Assembly (NCBI GenBank): GCA_903813345.2
Contig: CAIIXF020000001.1
Span: 36,704,001 to 36,768,000 of the forward strand
DNA length: 64,000 bases
From: Owenia fusiformis
Lineage: Eukaryota
Reading direction: 5' to 3'
How positions within the stretch are numbered: the stretch's first letter is position 1; the number at the start of each line of letters is the position of its first letter. The translations under genes and the position numbers were made by a program. Shown here in pieces: positions 12,201-27,200 of the stretch. The notes below the pieces were generated by a model. That model did not search any database and was not told the origin of the DNA. It was given only the letters and a program-made list of their open reading frames with translations.

Positions 12201-15200
12201 TATGCAAAAGAAATCCTGGCTTCACAGTTTATTGAATGCAACACACACCAAGGAAAATGTGTTGAGTTCTACTGCACACAATGCGAAATGATGCTCTGTG
12301 TCTCATGTAAGATCCTGAATCACGAGGGACATAAATGCACATCACTGGAAGAAGCAGGAAAGTCTGAAATGGCAACCATAGAGGAGACACTCTCAGAAAT
12401 GGCTGACATGAACAAGGTTCTCAAACAATTCAAGTCCGAGCTGGAAAAAGCCCAAACCAACCTCATCCAGGACAGAGCTAGTATTGTGACTACCATCGAC
12501 AAAATCGCAGACAAGATGTACAATGAAATAAGACGACAGCAAGCGGAACTAAAATTCGAGCTAAATTCTATTTTTAACAGCCAGACCAAATCATATGAAC
12601 TTGAGAAAGAAGAAATAGAGATGAATATTGCCAGTGTGAATAGCGGAATTGAGTTTGAAGAAACTCTATTGAAGCATGGGCGTCCTGTTGATGTACTATC
12701 GTTTGCTGAGCATGTGAAAGATAATGTCAAGGGTATAATGTCAAGCTTTAATGATAAATGTCAGCAACTAACAAAACTGGAAGAAAAACAGAACCACAAT
12801 AAATGGGATGTGCTTGAATGTGAGCAAGTTGGGATTCCACAGCAATATTGGCAGCAGAAACAGCAACAGTGCAGGCGGCGGCATCGCACGGCACATACAA
12901 TCTTGAAACGAACGCAAACGGAAATGGACCCACAACAACCAAATCAACAGTCCCAAAGAGGGAAGTGGAGCAGATCAATGAAAACTGGAATAACCTTATC
13001 ATTCCAAGAAAATATCCAAATGACAAATCCTATCCTAGGCAACACACAACTTGTTCAACAGGTAAGAGGCATGCAGAGACCAAACATGCGACAAAACATG
13101 CAGCCAAATCTGCAAAATTTTGGAAATATATGTTCACAAAACATTACAGTTCAGATCAATGGCTGTTAAAAGTCGTAAAACATCAAAAACAATGACAGTC
13201 TACCCATACAGTGTGCGATTCATGGAAATTGTTGAAACACACTGGATGATCTTAAAACAGCTTTCAATGAGAGATATAAGTTTAAAGAAAATCCAATATT
13301 CCATGTTTTGAGCCATATCTTAATAGAACTGGTCCATGATTGATGAAGATATTGACATTTTAAGACCATATAGGGGTATGTTGCGATTTCACTGGAAAAT
13401 ATTTTTCTCCACGGAACATTTCTTTGGATCACAATAACTTTGCAACTTACAGAGGTAGGGTGCTACTTTTTACACCATAATATAGTACTAATATATTCTC
13501 ATTATTTAGGGTTTCTCTAATGACTAGGTATAAAAAATATAGAAAAAGCAATTACGCTTTCCCAAATTACTTATTGGTTTATTTTCATAGTACAACAAGT
13601 ACTACAGTGAAACCTGTCTTAGTGCTGTTAAGTGAACACCTCTCTGGTAAACACCTGTCTCTAGTGGACACTTCTTCCGCACATAATATACTGACTTTTG
13701 TATAAATTACCTTCTCTGTAGTGAACACCTACCAACACGTTTTTTTCTCAATAAAAATATGTTCAATATACATGTGCACAGGTATAACTGCATCGGCATT
13801 TGATTGACCTTTGCTATTGCCTCCAAAAATATATTACAAATATATGTATCATGACAAAATGTCACTTGATCACACTTAGAAAAATGTAATCTTTTGTCGT
13901 ATCTTTTGTTAAAGATGCTTATACTGAATACTGATGTCAAATGGCAGTCAAGAAGGGCCTGATTTGGGATTCGTTAGATGAATTGAGGTTCATTTTTATG
14001 AGACATGTACTGTACTGTACTTTACTGAACTGTACTGTACTGCATGTACTGTTTTACTAAATCAGGAGATTTTAAAGGGGATGGTGTCTTTATATTCATT
14101 GATTTCAAAATCTAGTTGCACACCCCATGGTGATATTTTAACAGCAAATAAGATAAACTCCATTAATAAACACTGGGATATGTTTTACTATGCTAGGGTT
14201 CTAGCTGTTAATGAGATATGGAGTGAAATGTTATATAATGATAGGCAATACATCAACCAACTGTTCTCTTCACATGAATACCGAATGTTTAACTTTAAAC
14301 AAGACCTATGGCTTTACCAGTGTGGGTAATGCCAACGTATTCTATTCTAATACAAAATTACTCTATGATCCTACCTTTATCTCCATTTCAATGACATTAT
14401 CTTTGTTGGGGTTTTCAGGGTCCTTCATGATCTCATCTAGCAGGATGGACTTGATCTGTAGGTCATTGAACTGACAGATATAACCACTGCTCAGTATGGG
14501 CTCCTGAAATGCAGGAAAGTTCTAATAATTGTTCTGTCAAATGCAGGCCCAGAGCTAGAATTTTCCAAGGGGATTCACTTTTCATAAAAATTCTAGGGGG
14601 GTTCACTTTGGTAAATTTGGCCAAAAATCACTCAAAATGGTGAAAAACTGCATGATTTTGAAAGAAATTTTCGCCCGCGAACCACCCGAACCACCCTGGC
14701 TTTGGGCCTGAAATGCCTAGTTCAAACTGTAAATAATTTGAATCAAAATAATCCATTGATATTTTTGAATTTTCTCATTTATTTTAGTAATTGATAGCTG
14801 AATCTACCGGTATTCTCTCAAAATACTTGACTTAGCAAATCAAACGATGCAGAGTTGGTTTTCTATAAGCAATGTACTATGAATATCACTATACATGTAA
14901 TTACTTGATAAATAAAATAGATAATAAGCTTTAAAGTTTAGTATGATGGCTTTTAGGCCCATATCGTGTCAGTTTAAACTTTATGTAAAAGATTCAAATT
15001 CTACACAGATCACCTTAATTGATATATGAATATAACCTTACCTCTGGATCCAGGTTTCTGAAGATGTACATCCTAGTTTTCTCCATCATTGCAAACAGCT
15101 CTGAATTATCCTGGAAAGATATCATCTTTTGTATGTCTTATCCATTTATCAGAATGGAGGAAATTCTCTTAGTAAATTGAAACACAACACTTTGAGTTGT

Positions 15201-18200
15201 TGAGAAAGCATAGGACAAATGTTTTACATTAATACATGAAAATAGATGTTTTCAATTTATGAAATGAAAATGAAAGAGATTTTTATTGAAAATCGAAAAA
15301 ACATGCATTAACTTGTTGATGAAGTTCATACTATTTCATCCAATTCTATCCAAACCAGGATTTGAAAAATCATAAAAACTAGGAAAAACCTTTAGAGAAC
15401 ACAACAGACAACACATTATTTCTCATCAAGAAAATCTCAAATGTGACAAGAACCCTCAGTCAATTTCTTACCTCAGCCCATTTCATGTCCCACACATCCT
15501 TACGCTCAAACTTCAAGTGTTCCCCAGTGACCTCTTGACCATTGGCGTCAGTATATCGGGTGTCAAGGTCAAAGAAGGTCAGAACTCCTGATATATCAAT
15601 AATTGCCAAGCGACTGCAATGCAATATAATTTGAATTAAAACATTTAATAATACTGCATTAAAGTCTGTGTAAACAATTTGCAAATTTCATAACAGATCT
15701 TTTTACAATTTGAATGTGTCCAATTTTTATCTGTTTTGATTATTTCATCTATATATTCTTCTTCATTTTTGTGATCTTATTTCATAATACATTGTATAAT
15801 TGGAAAAACCATTAAAAGAGACACTTTTAACTTCATAAAGTTTTATCTTATTTTGTGTAAAAAAAATAATATCGATTGTTTGATACATGCACTTACGCAG
15901 AAGAACAATTGAGTGAGAGCTGATGTGGCCGACAGTTCAGTAAATGTTTGTGAGAAAGAGACACTAGTGGCATCTGGTAGCGGTTTAATGTACCAGATTC
16001 TCGACCCTATAATAAGGAACACATATACATGGATTAATTTTAATCAGTTGTGACATTCCAAAATTTAGCGAGACTTCTGGTATTCATTTGGTCATAGTCT
16101 TCCCCCAATCTTTCAATCCTTGGTTATGTATGTCTTCAATGTACCCATCTCCCTAAGATTCTTTTCTCACAATGGTGCTAGGTACAAATACAGATTTTAA
16201 CTAGTTTGACAAATCAGCAAACATATTTCAAAAGGATTGCAATAAAAATCTAAAAAAAAAATTGAACAAAGAAAATTGTAAACCAGAACAACGGCAACGC
16301 CAAAGCATAGCGAATCCCATCGAACAGCCATGGCTGGCATTTTTACAAACAAATTATATAGCAAAAATGGCAGCCATTTTTCAAAATGGCCACCTTCTAC
16401 CAAAAGTATCATTAGACAGTGTGCCATGCTTATAGTATTCACATACCAAATATGAACAAAATCGCTACACTACTTTTCGAGTTCCAGCAAAAATCGTAAA
16501 ATAACGAGTAAAGGCCACCATTTTTCAAGATGGCTGCCATGTGCTTTTTTAATATCTACATTTCTAGCTTCATTAATGTCCTACATAATCTTTTTACATT
16601 TAAAACATATTGCTATTACAGTTTTACATATTGCACCTAAATTACTGTAAAATAGGCACTAAAATGGCCGCCATTTTTAAATGAGCGGCCATTTTGAAAA
16701 TCAGCTTTCCAGCAGAACTTCTACCCCTATAGGGTATATGTGTACAAAATATGAACAAAATCGGGCCAACGGTATTTGAGTTATTGCCCGGACGGACATA
16801 CGTACGTACGTACGTACGGACGGAGGCGTTCCCTATATCCCTCCGAACTTCGTTCGATGGGATAATAATCTACAGCAAACATAACTACAACTTATTTACA
16901 TATCCACAATAAATAATATAGAATAATACAGGAGTGTTTTGCTGAATAAGGAGAAATGGAGCTGTTATAGAATATAGCAACAATATACATAGAACTTTGT
17001 GTTAACAAAGCATTAATAAACTGTTTAGGAATAGACTAGAAGTGAATTCACATTTATTTTATTATTTTTCAAGAAATGAAGTGGTAACATTTTTTCATAA
17101 ATTACATATCTCGACCACATGTACCACTATTCATAATTGAGCACATGTACCTCTACCTCAGGGGGGGTGTAAGAATCAAATTTGTTTGTTTAGAGCGAAA
17201 CCACTCAGAATGCACCACCTTCCTCCAAATCCCCCTAAGGAGAATGAAACGATCATCAATGGCAGAGGGCAAATCACCTAGGGTGATACCCAAAGCCCGC
17301 TTCACGCTCAGAAGGTGACACTTTGACTCCTCATCATGGTTTTCCATCCGAAATCAGTTTTACCTGATGTCCTTGCGAAGCATACTATAGAAATGATCCC
17401 TAAAAGTATGATCTTAAATGGACATACTATTGGAATCAGACTATGACCTCATGTTAAAACTAGAATTTGTATGCATAAGTTATTAATTTAACAATTTTAT
17501 CATTTAGGGTTACCATAACTTTCCTGGAATAACATAACCTGAAATTTTGAGACATACATCTATGTATTTTATTAATGATTTTGATTGAATTTATATTTAA
17601 ACTGATTCTGAGGGGGATTTGTTTTGGTTAAAATGATTATTTGATTTGTAAAGCTGTGTATTTTCATTCATTGTCAGCCATTTTGGATTTGTGGTCAGCA
17701 TGATTGAAATCATGATCAAGTGGGTAATTACATAGCCCATGGTAATAACAATAACTCACAATATGCATACTCACCCTGTTATAGCATGATGGTTACGTCA
17801 AGGCGATTTGCAAAATTTTGCAGTAACGATAACAAAAAATGGCGGATGGGAAAGACAGCATGTCCTCTTTCTCGCCTGTAGGCAAGATTCACAGATAGGA
17901 TTTCCTTTTCAACTAGTTCAATTCGGTGACGTATATATGGATGGTTATAAAGACTGGGTCAAATCTGCCAGGTGGTTTACAAGAAGCAGAATATAAGCTG
18001 TAAACCTACCGACTGAGATATCCAAGTTTATAATTTTTGGTCCATTCCCGTGTTTTCTCAGTATGTGTGCCTCAGAGCCACTCAAAATATTAATTGTAAG
18101 TAAACTGTGTATAAGCAAGCCATAAAATGACAAATCCAGAACAGGAACATGGTGTATATTGTAAATAATAAGGTTTCAAACGCAGTCGTTGGACGACTAC

Positions 18201-21200
18201 GTATGAATTCTATGGACGGTAACGTATTGTATTAGTTGTACATTAGATATTTAGCGGATGGTCACGTGCATGTACACCTGTCAAGTTAAGGTTGCTAGAT
18301 GTGATAGCCTCTTTCCATGTTATTGTTATAATGGGTAAGAAAATGAATATTTTATTGATTATATTTGTTTTCAGGACTCGCAAGAGACGCTGTTGTTTAA
18401 GCCTCTATAGGGCAAGGAAAAAACAGTGGCTTGCTTTATTTATGAAACAAATGAAAGTGAAAATGATAGCAATGAAGAGGCAAAAGAAGATTTAGCATCA
18501 AGTACTGATGAATATGACAGAATTGATAACAATGAATCGGGGATACATATTTGAATGAGGTTCGCGTAACCGTCCATCAATTTTTTGCGTTACCACAAAT
18601 TCAAAATATATTATTATGGCTTGAGTAGAACATATTAGGTGGTTTCCAACGCTCATTTGGCTTTGTATGATTGTATGTAGGTTACATCTATATACCCCAA
18701 GGTTGTTAGGCAATGTAGACCATGCCCTAATGACAAAAATAAACAAATTACCAAATTTTCTGTAGGTTTGAATTTCAAACTCAACAGTTTTTCGCTTATT
18801 TCATATTATCCCCGGGCATCAATTTTCAAAGTCTACGTTCAAAATATACATTACTGATTGCATCACAGAATGCGATGCTTACATAAATCGTTCATCCTTT
18901 CATTGATACACAGTAGTAGAAAATAATGCACCAACCTTAGTTTTCTGTTCTATCGCGGCCATTTTATCATTTTCAGAGGTGTCGTAACCGTTATGCTATA
19001 ACAGGGTGATACTGATCATGACAAAAGTTATGAATTAGAATATGCTGCCATCTTTTAAACTTCACCAAACCTGTTCTACATGAAGTGTTCAAATGAATAT
19101 AAAATACTTGGATTGAAAATGATAAGGAAAACTTACAACAATTAGTGTTTTATCCGAGGCACATATACAACATATGGGATCCTGAGTTTCCTGGAAGTAA
19201 ACCATTCAACAGTTTCATTTATTTTAATATAGCATAATCATATCATAATATAATATTATTTATTTTCTGTTATCTGTTTTCTGTTGTGAATCAAATAAGC
19301 TTAATGAATACCCGGTTGATTTTCTTTATACATACAGGCTAATAGAATATATAGATCATCCTCTCAATGGTTCTAGATATTGGGATTATCCCTTGGCCAA
19401 TATAATATATCCACAAGGGGGCCAAAACAAGGGGGCCAAAAGTCCCGAGGGCAGATGTACTATATTGACCAATTTTACAATATTTATTGCACTTTAATTT
19501 CTTCACATAACAAAAAAGTGAGATTGTAATTAGACGGGAAATATTGGTGACAATAGTTAGCACACATTCTCCCTAGTTTAAGATGAAAAATTAATTTTGA
19601 AACTCATCAATTCAGCTTTTCTTATTTTCGAGACCAACATCTCTATAGCACATGCACATGTGTTGACACATTTTTTGGCTGTTAGATTACTTCAAAGAAC
19701 TTACCACGAAAGCTTTACTGAAATCTACCAGCTCCCCTCCTGCCCCTGAGGGAACATCATCTATGTGGTATAACCTACAATCAAAGAAGAGTTTGTGATT
19801 AAGGCTCAGCTGGAAAGTAACATTTTGGTAAAAAATTGTTATACCTGCACATGTTATTTTCTGGTACAAAATTAAGTATGAAGGCATGTGTGTATTTCCT
19901 TGCTTTTTTCAGGAAAGTATCATTACACTGTATACTTCTAGTAAACCTGGAAACAGGTCAATGGTAGCTCCTGTGTTGTCTGGAAACTTTGAAAGAAAAT
20001 TTGGAAAAATAGAAAGTGTGAAATATCAGAATTTCCTGGAGTTCCCATTGAACTCCTACCAGATATTCTTAAAGAAGACAATGTAATGATACTTTCCTGA
20101 AAAAAGCAAAAAAAATGTTATTTTCCAGCTGTACCTTAATACTATTATGTAATTTCATATACTGCTGAAGAGGAACACTTCTCAACTTTCCATCCCTGTG
20201 CAATTAATAGAAATTTCTATCATCTTACCTTTCTGCGCCAGCTTTTCTCTTGCCTGACATCTCCATGGTAGCAAGGTTCTTTGGATTCTTGAACTGCCAT
20301 GTATAGAAGGCTTCCTTTGAGGCTGCTATGATGTGGCTCTTTGTCATAGCAATGTAGGCTGGGTCAATCTCAATGTATTTAGAGTCCAGTGGTGTTCCAA
20401 TCGAGTTACACAACACAAGAACATACTGAAATAAGGCAGAAGATCTGTGTATAACCATGGCCGAAATGCAAAATATGGCATTCAAAGTGCACTTCATAAA
20501 TGTCAAGATGATAACTTTTACCAATGGCATCAGATTGTGTTAGTTTTTCAGAAAATTTGGCAATTATCGAAATGATCGCAATATTGGAATAAGTCCAAAT
20601 TCTATACTGGGAGTGGTAGATTGTTATCCAGTTGTGAACAAAATTCACCTTCTCAAGGTCAAAAAGGTCAAATTTCTTGTAACAAATTATTCAGCAAGAA
20701 AATATTAGGAAGAATAAATAAGCCATGTTTTATCTTAATATATATTGTATTAAAACACTATATATGTCTACACCATTGGTTTCAATGAGAACTAAAAATA
20801 TTAAATATCTTTTTATCTGAACCACTTTCTCATTTTTTCTCTTATTATTCAACCAATCTTTTCAACCAATTTTTCATCAGTTGAGACCTCTAAGAACAAT
20901 GTGTTAGAGGGTATCATGCTGAATATGGAGAAAGATAAAATATGGACTAAAATAGAGAGAAGGATGTTGCAAAACTTTGATTTCAACCATACTGGAGTCA
21001 TATTTGCTTTTAAAGTACATTGTACTTTAAAGTCTTTGGGCCTTCATGTTATCTTCATATAGCATTCCTGTGGGCACTTTGCCCCTACCAAGGAGTACTT
21101 CATTTGGTGGAATAATAACCCCATAACTAAATAAGATTGCAGTAGCCTGTAACTTAAACTAGAGATGGACAATGATACAAGTCTTTTCTGAATATAGCAA

Positions 21201-24200
21201 AGCTTGAAAAAAGTTCTTCACCAAGTTTGCAGAATGGGAAGGTCCTACTAAATATATGGAGGAGTGCATCTCATCATTTTCAAAAGGCAATATATTTGCT
21301 AGATAAGTGAACAATTATTCCAAGTTTTGATACTTATAGAAATAACAAGGTGATCATGCAAACTGCATAATATTATTACTTTTAAACAATTGCCACCATC
21401 TGGTTTAATATGCTCTTCTTATATCAAAGCATTTTGGGATCAGAGTTAGAGGTTGAAGTACTTTGAAGATAATAAATAACATACCTGGCCCTGTTGATCT
21501 TCAGACCTTGTGGCCAGACAGCAGTAGTCTCCATAGGCAGTCACTGAGATTAGATTTCTCACATATTTGATGTACCTCTGAAATTCATCACATAAATTTT
21601 GTAAGGTCTTATATTAATGCTTCTACACGGTTCATTTTTGTAGTCTTATATAAAGGCCTTTTTCTTATACAATATATATTTCATGTACCTCTTTGTATAT
21701 ATATAATATTTATTATATTAATGTCTTATATCAAGGCGATCAACTCTATTACCTCATTATTCTTGGTGTCCCAAAATACTACACAGTGCTCAAGACGGTC
21801 AGGCTTCATGAAGGAGTAGACAACTGTGTTGGAACAATAGCCCCACTAGAATAAACATTTCATTTATCATATTATTAAGTATATAGCATCTATTATATAC
21901 AATAACATGAAAAGTACTGTACAACATTCTCAATATCTATTATCTAGACTAATCATATCTTTTATTCCTATTCTGTATGCTGGAATTATTCTTACAATAA
22001 ATTTTCAATTCAAACATCTGTATACCATTATATTGCACTGAAGCATAGTGATATATAAATAAAAAATCGGTTACTGATAATAGAATAAAGTTGTGATTTA
22101 TGTCTTAGTCACATTTGCTCCGATTCATCGGCTGGCACCCAGCCGATTGTGCATTTTGTTCAAAACTGTATACAATTTTGAACAAAATACTAAATCAGCC
22201 AGTCACTGGCCAATGAATCAAAGCAAATGTAACTCAGCCATTATTGAACATTCAAGAAAATAATTCAGATATTCAATCAAAGTTTCTGAAAAATCTGGTG
22301 ACATATCGCACCAAGTTCACACTAGTGAATGGTCCTTTTTCCATATAGCTTGGAAATCTCGTTAAAGTCTTCTTTTTAATGAGATTTTAGGAGATCTGCA
22401 TTTTTAACCATTAAAGACTAACATTTTCTTCTATTTGATGGCATACTTGAATTCTGTGTGTAATTTCCTATCTAAACAACTTTGATTTGCACATTTATTT
22501 ACCTTTAATCAAATTCTAAAGATTTTCTAGTTGTCTAAAAAAGGTCCGGCTAAAAAATAAAATCAAAATAACCATGGAAATATTTTTTAACTGCATATAC
22601 TGGTAGTACCCAAAGGACACATGGTATGGCTAGAGCAAGGGTCTATAAATATTGGATATCTCTATAAAGTGTACATTAAAATAGATTATATTACCTTGTA
22701 GTCCGGTCGGATATTGGCAAAGTATATAAATGAATCAACAGCAAGGGCAATTCGCAGACTGCCCCCCTCCCAGGAGCAAGAGTACATGTGTTTTCCAGGG
22801 ACCTTCAATGTACGCAGATGCTACAAAAGAAATATACAAAATATATGAAGCCAATCAAGAGTAACTTTTTATTCAAAATTCAAATACATCATTTTAATAA
22901 ACACATAATAGAAAGAACTTAATGAGTTACACAATAGTATTTTGAAAAAGGACCACATACCATACTGTACAACTGTAGGTGAACTGCTACACTCACTGTG
23001 ATTCCCTTATTATAGACTAAGCCAGGACAATGATCATAGAATGCTTCTTATTGAGTAAAAACATATCTTCAAATAATCATAACATAATAATCAAAACAAA
23101 GAGAGTGTTTCACCTACCTCACCAAAAGGCGTATAAAACTGGACAACATTAACATCTTTGTCGCTGTTTGATGTCTTCTGTGATCCTGCCACTGCTAGGA
23201 CTGCTCCCACATGATTCCAGGCTATCTCTACCACACTCATACCAGTATCTATCAGCACTGGGTCTAAACAAGAAACATTTTAATATGATTTTGAGGGTTC
23301 TCTATTGTTGTTGTAGTCTTATTTTGCCCATTGTGTATTTTTATTGAATACTTTGATATGGTTATAAAGAATGCAACAAATAAAATAAATTAAACACTTG
23401 TAGAAAGGATTTTGCATGGAAAATGTAAACCCATGATTAATAAATGGGACAATGTATGAGTTGCATTATTTGCAAATAAATATAAGTTAAGCAGAAACAA
23501 TGTTTTGAAGAAATATGTTTCTATCTGTAGCTTTCACTTGTTCTGCTTTTCTATTAGAAAATCTGAGAAAAGCATTGATACATGTGAGAAGGCATTTGAA
23601 GTGTTCATAATTATTGGAATAAATAACTTATAATTAGTACTAATGATTATTCCAAAATAACATAATTACATGTTTGCCTTGGAAACAAACAGGGAATAGG
23701 ATCGATATTAAAAAAATCATGCATCAGCCAAAATTCCGTATCAGATCCCGTATTGAATCCCGTATCAGCCAAAATCCAAAATCAGATCCCTATCAGAACT
23801 GCAACAGGAAACCTCCCATTAAATAACCTCTATATACTTCAAATAAGAACTTACTGTCATCATTTTCATTTCGCATTATCTGACATCTTCCATTATCAAA
23901 ACATATAGCAAGACATGGACAGCCTGGCTCTACGTAACCATTAACTCCATTGTACCTGAAACATATTATATTATTAGTCATAGTGGTAAGACACTCTCTT
24001 ATCTGTTACCCTCCCTTCAATAAAGATTTCAGCAACAGATAAGAAAAGGAAATTTCACATCAAAACCAAGTCAAGCTTTTTCTTCCTATTAAATGGTGGT
24101 GTTAACTCATATTAAGTTTTGTAATTGTTCCGAGTGTTGGAATTTAAAAAAAAAAAAAAAAAAAATTTAAGGCCCAAACAATAAAATTTGGAGATTTCAG

Positions 24201-27200
24201 ATATTCCAAACGGGTTGCAAAGTCAAATAAAATCATTTTACAAAATCTCATTTTCTTATTATTGAGACTCATGATCTTTATGATATTCCTACCATTGTAT
24301 ACCAGCTAGTTGAATGGCTCCAGTCACATTAGCCAAGCAGTATACTTGTAACTTGCCCTAAAATGAAAAAGACATTTTGTATTCCAAAAGAGCGTTCACT
24401 TTAAAGCGATACAGTAGTTTAGTAAAATGCAGTTTTTTTAAACAAAACAAATGTCTAGCATCATGCAAGGAACGTCTGAAGTTATTAATTTGCAAATGCC
24501 TTACTGAAATAATCCCATCATTTAAAAGATGTGATAGTGAATATAAATAGAATACAATAAGATGTCAAAAATTAAAAGTATATTTTGATTGAATCAGCAA
24601 AAAATTCTAACATCACATCCAAATAATATAAATCAGTTTGCATACTCACAATGAAATTCCCACCATTGTCAAATATTTGTATTTCTGCATTGGTCATCCC
24701 AAACAGCAACATCTTCCCAGTAGGTGACCACTGGAATTTAAAACTCACTTACTACATAACTGAACTCTTACTGCTTAAGGTAAGTCTTATGCAATCTAAA
24801 CTCTGCAATTCTTGCTGTATAAATTCCATATTTAGATCACTTTTATAGAGGAAACCCCGAACACTGAAAGTAATTTCAAATTGCTTGAAATGAAATATCA
24901 TCCCTTGTGCTTCTATTTTCCATAATAGTTTACTTCAATGAACACATGCCACATGTCGTATTATAAATAAACATTGCAAACATACCTCAACATGTGCTAG
25001 TTGAAGTTGTTTTAATTCTTTCCCCCAGATCCTATTGCCATCCACAGATCCAACAATGACAGCACCTGCAAAACATGCATACATAGAATGTATTTTCAAC
25101 AAAATAACAATACAAAATGAGAAGTACATCATTCATGGTCTTGCCTCAATCTATGGGACCCCATTAACTTTACCCCAAAAGGGGCTTGAAGCAAGAATTA
25201 TCCCGATGGAGTGATTGATTAGTTAATATCATCATTGAGGAAAATGAGTGTTCTAGAACCAAAGGTTACACAGACCTTTCAACATTCAAAATTCTGTAAT
25301 CTAAATCTTCATCAAAATAAGTTAAACCGACTTAGTTGACCACAATGGCACCCATCCATCAATCAGTCAATGTTCCAGTGCCATCTGAAGGGTGGCCATA
25401 GCAAATAAAATAACATCCATGATCTTTGTATAATTGCATTGATTCCCTTACCATCTTCATAGACAATACATATTTTCTGACCATCAGCATTCCATGCCAT
25501 GCCACGCACCACAGATTTGTTTCTATTGTTAATCATCTCCTCATACCAGGAACCTAAAATTTAAATCAAGACACTAACATGACAGATGTAGCCAACTGGT
25601 TGCAATTACATCCATTATATTGCATGGTGACCATCCATACTGTATTTTGAAATTATAATATATAATATGATCTCTTGGAAGCCTAAAAATTAAGGTATGA
25701 GTATAAATGAAGTGGATATAATGTAGTTGATTTATTTGTGATTCTATTAATATAAAATAATGTAGGTAAATGTGTGTAATATTTCATACATGTTAAAAAA
25801 CCATTAATTTTCAATGACAATATCAATGATAATATTTTACAGCTTTTGCACATTCTATATATTTCTGGGAACAGTAAGTTGTATGAATGTTATCTTTACA
25901 CCTGATTACCTTTGTATAGCATCCAAACTATTATCAATCCATACTGGTCACTTGTTGTAAGTTTGTGGAAAAGGGGGTTCCATGTCACACATTGCACAGC
26001 TCCTAAATATAAAATAAAAGAGGGTTTATGTTAATTCATGTCTATTGATTGTGTGTATATACATACCAATATATTTTCAAAAAAGTATGCATTAAATGTG
26101 TGACCAGTAAGATAGACAAAAACTGGAAACATACCACTATGTCCCTCAAGGGTCTGGTTCATGGAGAGATTGCTAGGGGCAGCTAGGCCTTTCACCTTGG
26201 CATCTTTACCTGAAATATTGAAATTGTAAACAGGTTTGCTTCATAAGAAATAACATATTAAAACAATATCTAAATATTTTGATTTTACACTGTTCTAATA
26301 GCCTATAAACATTGTGCTATTGCACATATTTACACCAAGTTTTACACAAAGTCTCTGCCCTTGAGGCTCTACAGTCAGAGAAAGGGGGACGGATTGGCTT
26401 GAAGAAGGATGGACAGTAGAGGCTGACGGTAATTCCGGTTAAACGGTTTCAGTATGGAATTGAGCATTTACCGGTATTGAAATTATTAACCAGTTAACCG
26501 ACGATAATCCCCGGGGAAATTTGATTTCCACTTTCACGATGCGTACATTTACATGGACATTTAGAAGTCCATGGTTTACAGTTTAGGTGTGATTTCCATG
26601 TTTGGCAGTTCGGGTGTAGTAGCTTCATGCTCAGGCTCAGATTTGGTTGAAGTTATGATTGACAGTTTCGGTGTAGTTGTAGTGTCAGTAATAGTAATTG
26701 TAATAGTCATTTACGAACAACAAGGCATTGACAACCTCAGGTTGAAGTCGTGCCCATTTAGAAGTGGTGGTGTTGCCAGTTGCACTGAACTGGCGTTCAC
26801 TTGACACGGATGACGCAGGAATAGCATGATATGTTTCAGCCAAACTTGCCACATCAGGATATTTTCCTCCGTTTACTTTCCAGAACTCAAGAGAGTCAAT
26901 AGAATCTACTTTACCTACCCTACCCCCATGTATAATGCACGTCGCTTGCTTTTGATACAGTTGAGAAATGGTTTGAAGTGTGTAATACATTTATTTTAAA
27001 ACTAAAACTACATTTTGATTCGTAAGATACTTACATACCATTTCGTGAAGTTCATCAGTATGGGTTCAAATTGGTCTTGCACCATGTATGCATATAGACT
27101 TGAGAAGCTACGGAGAGAGTTAGGAACAAAGTGGGGGTGGCAGCGCATTGGCATTTTATCTTACATATTTTTACCGGTATTTCGGTAACGGTACGGTTAT

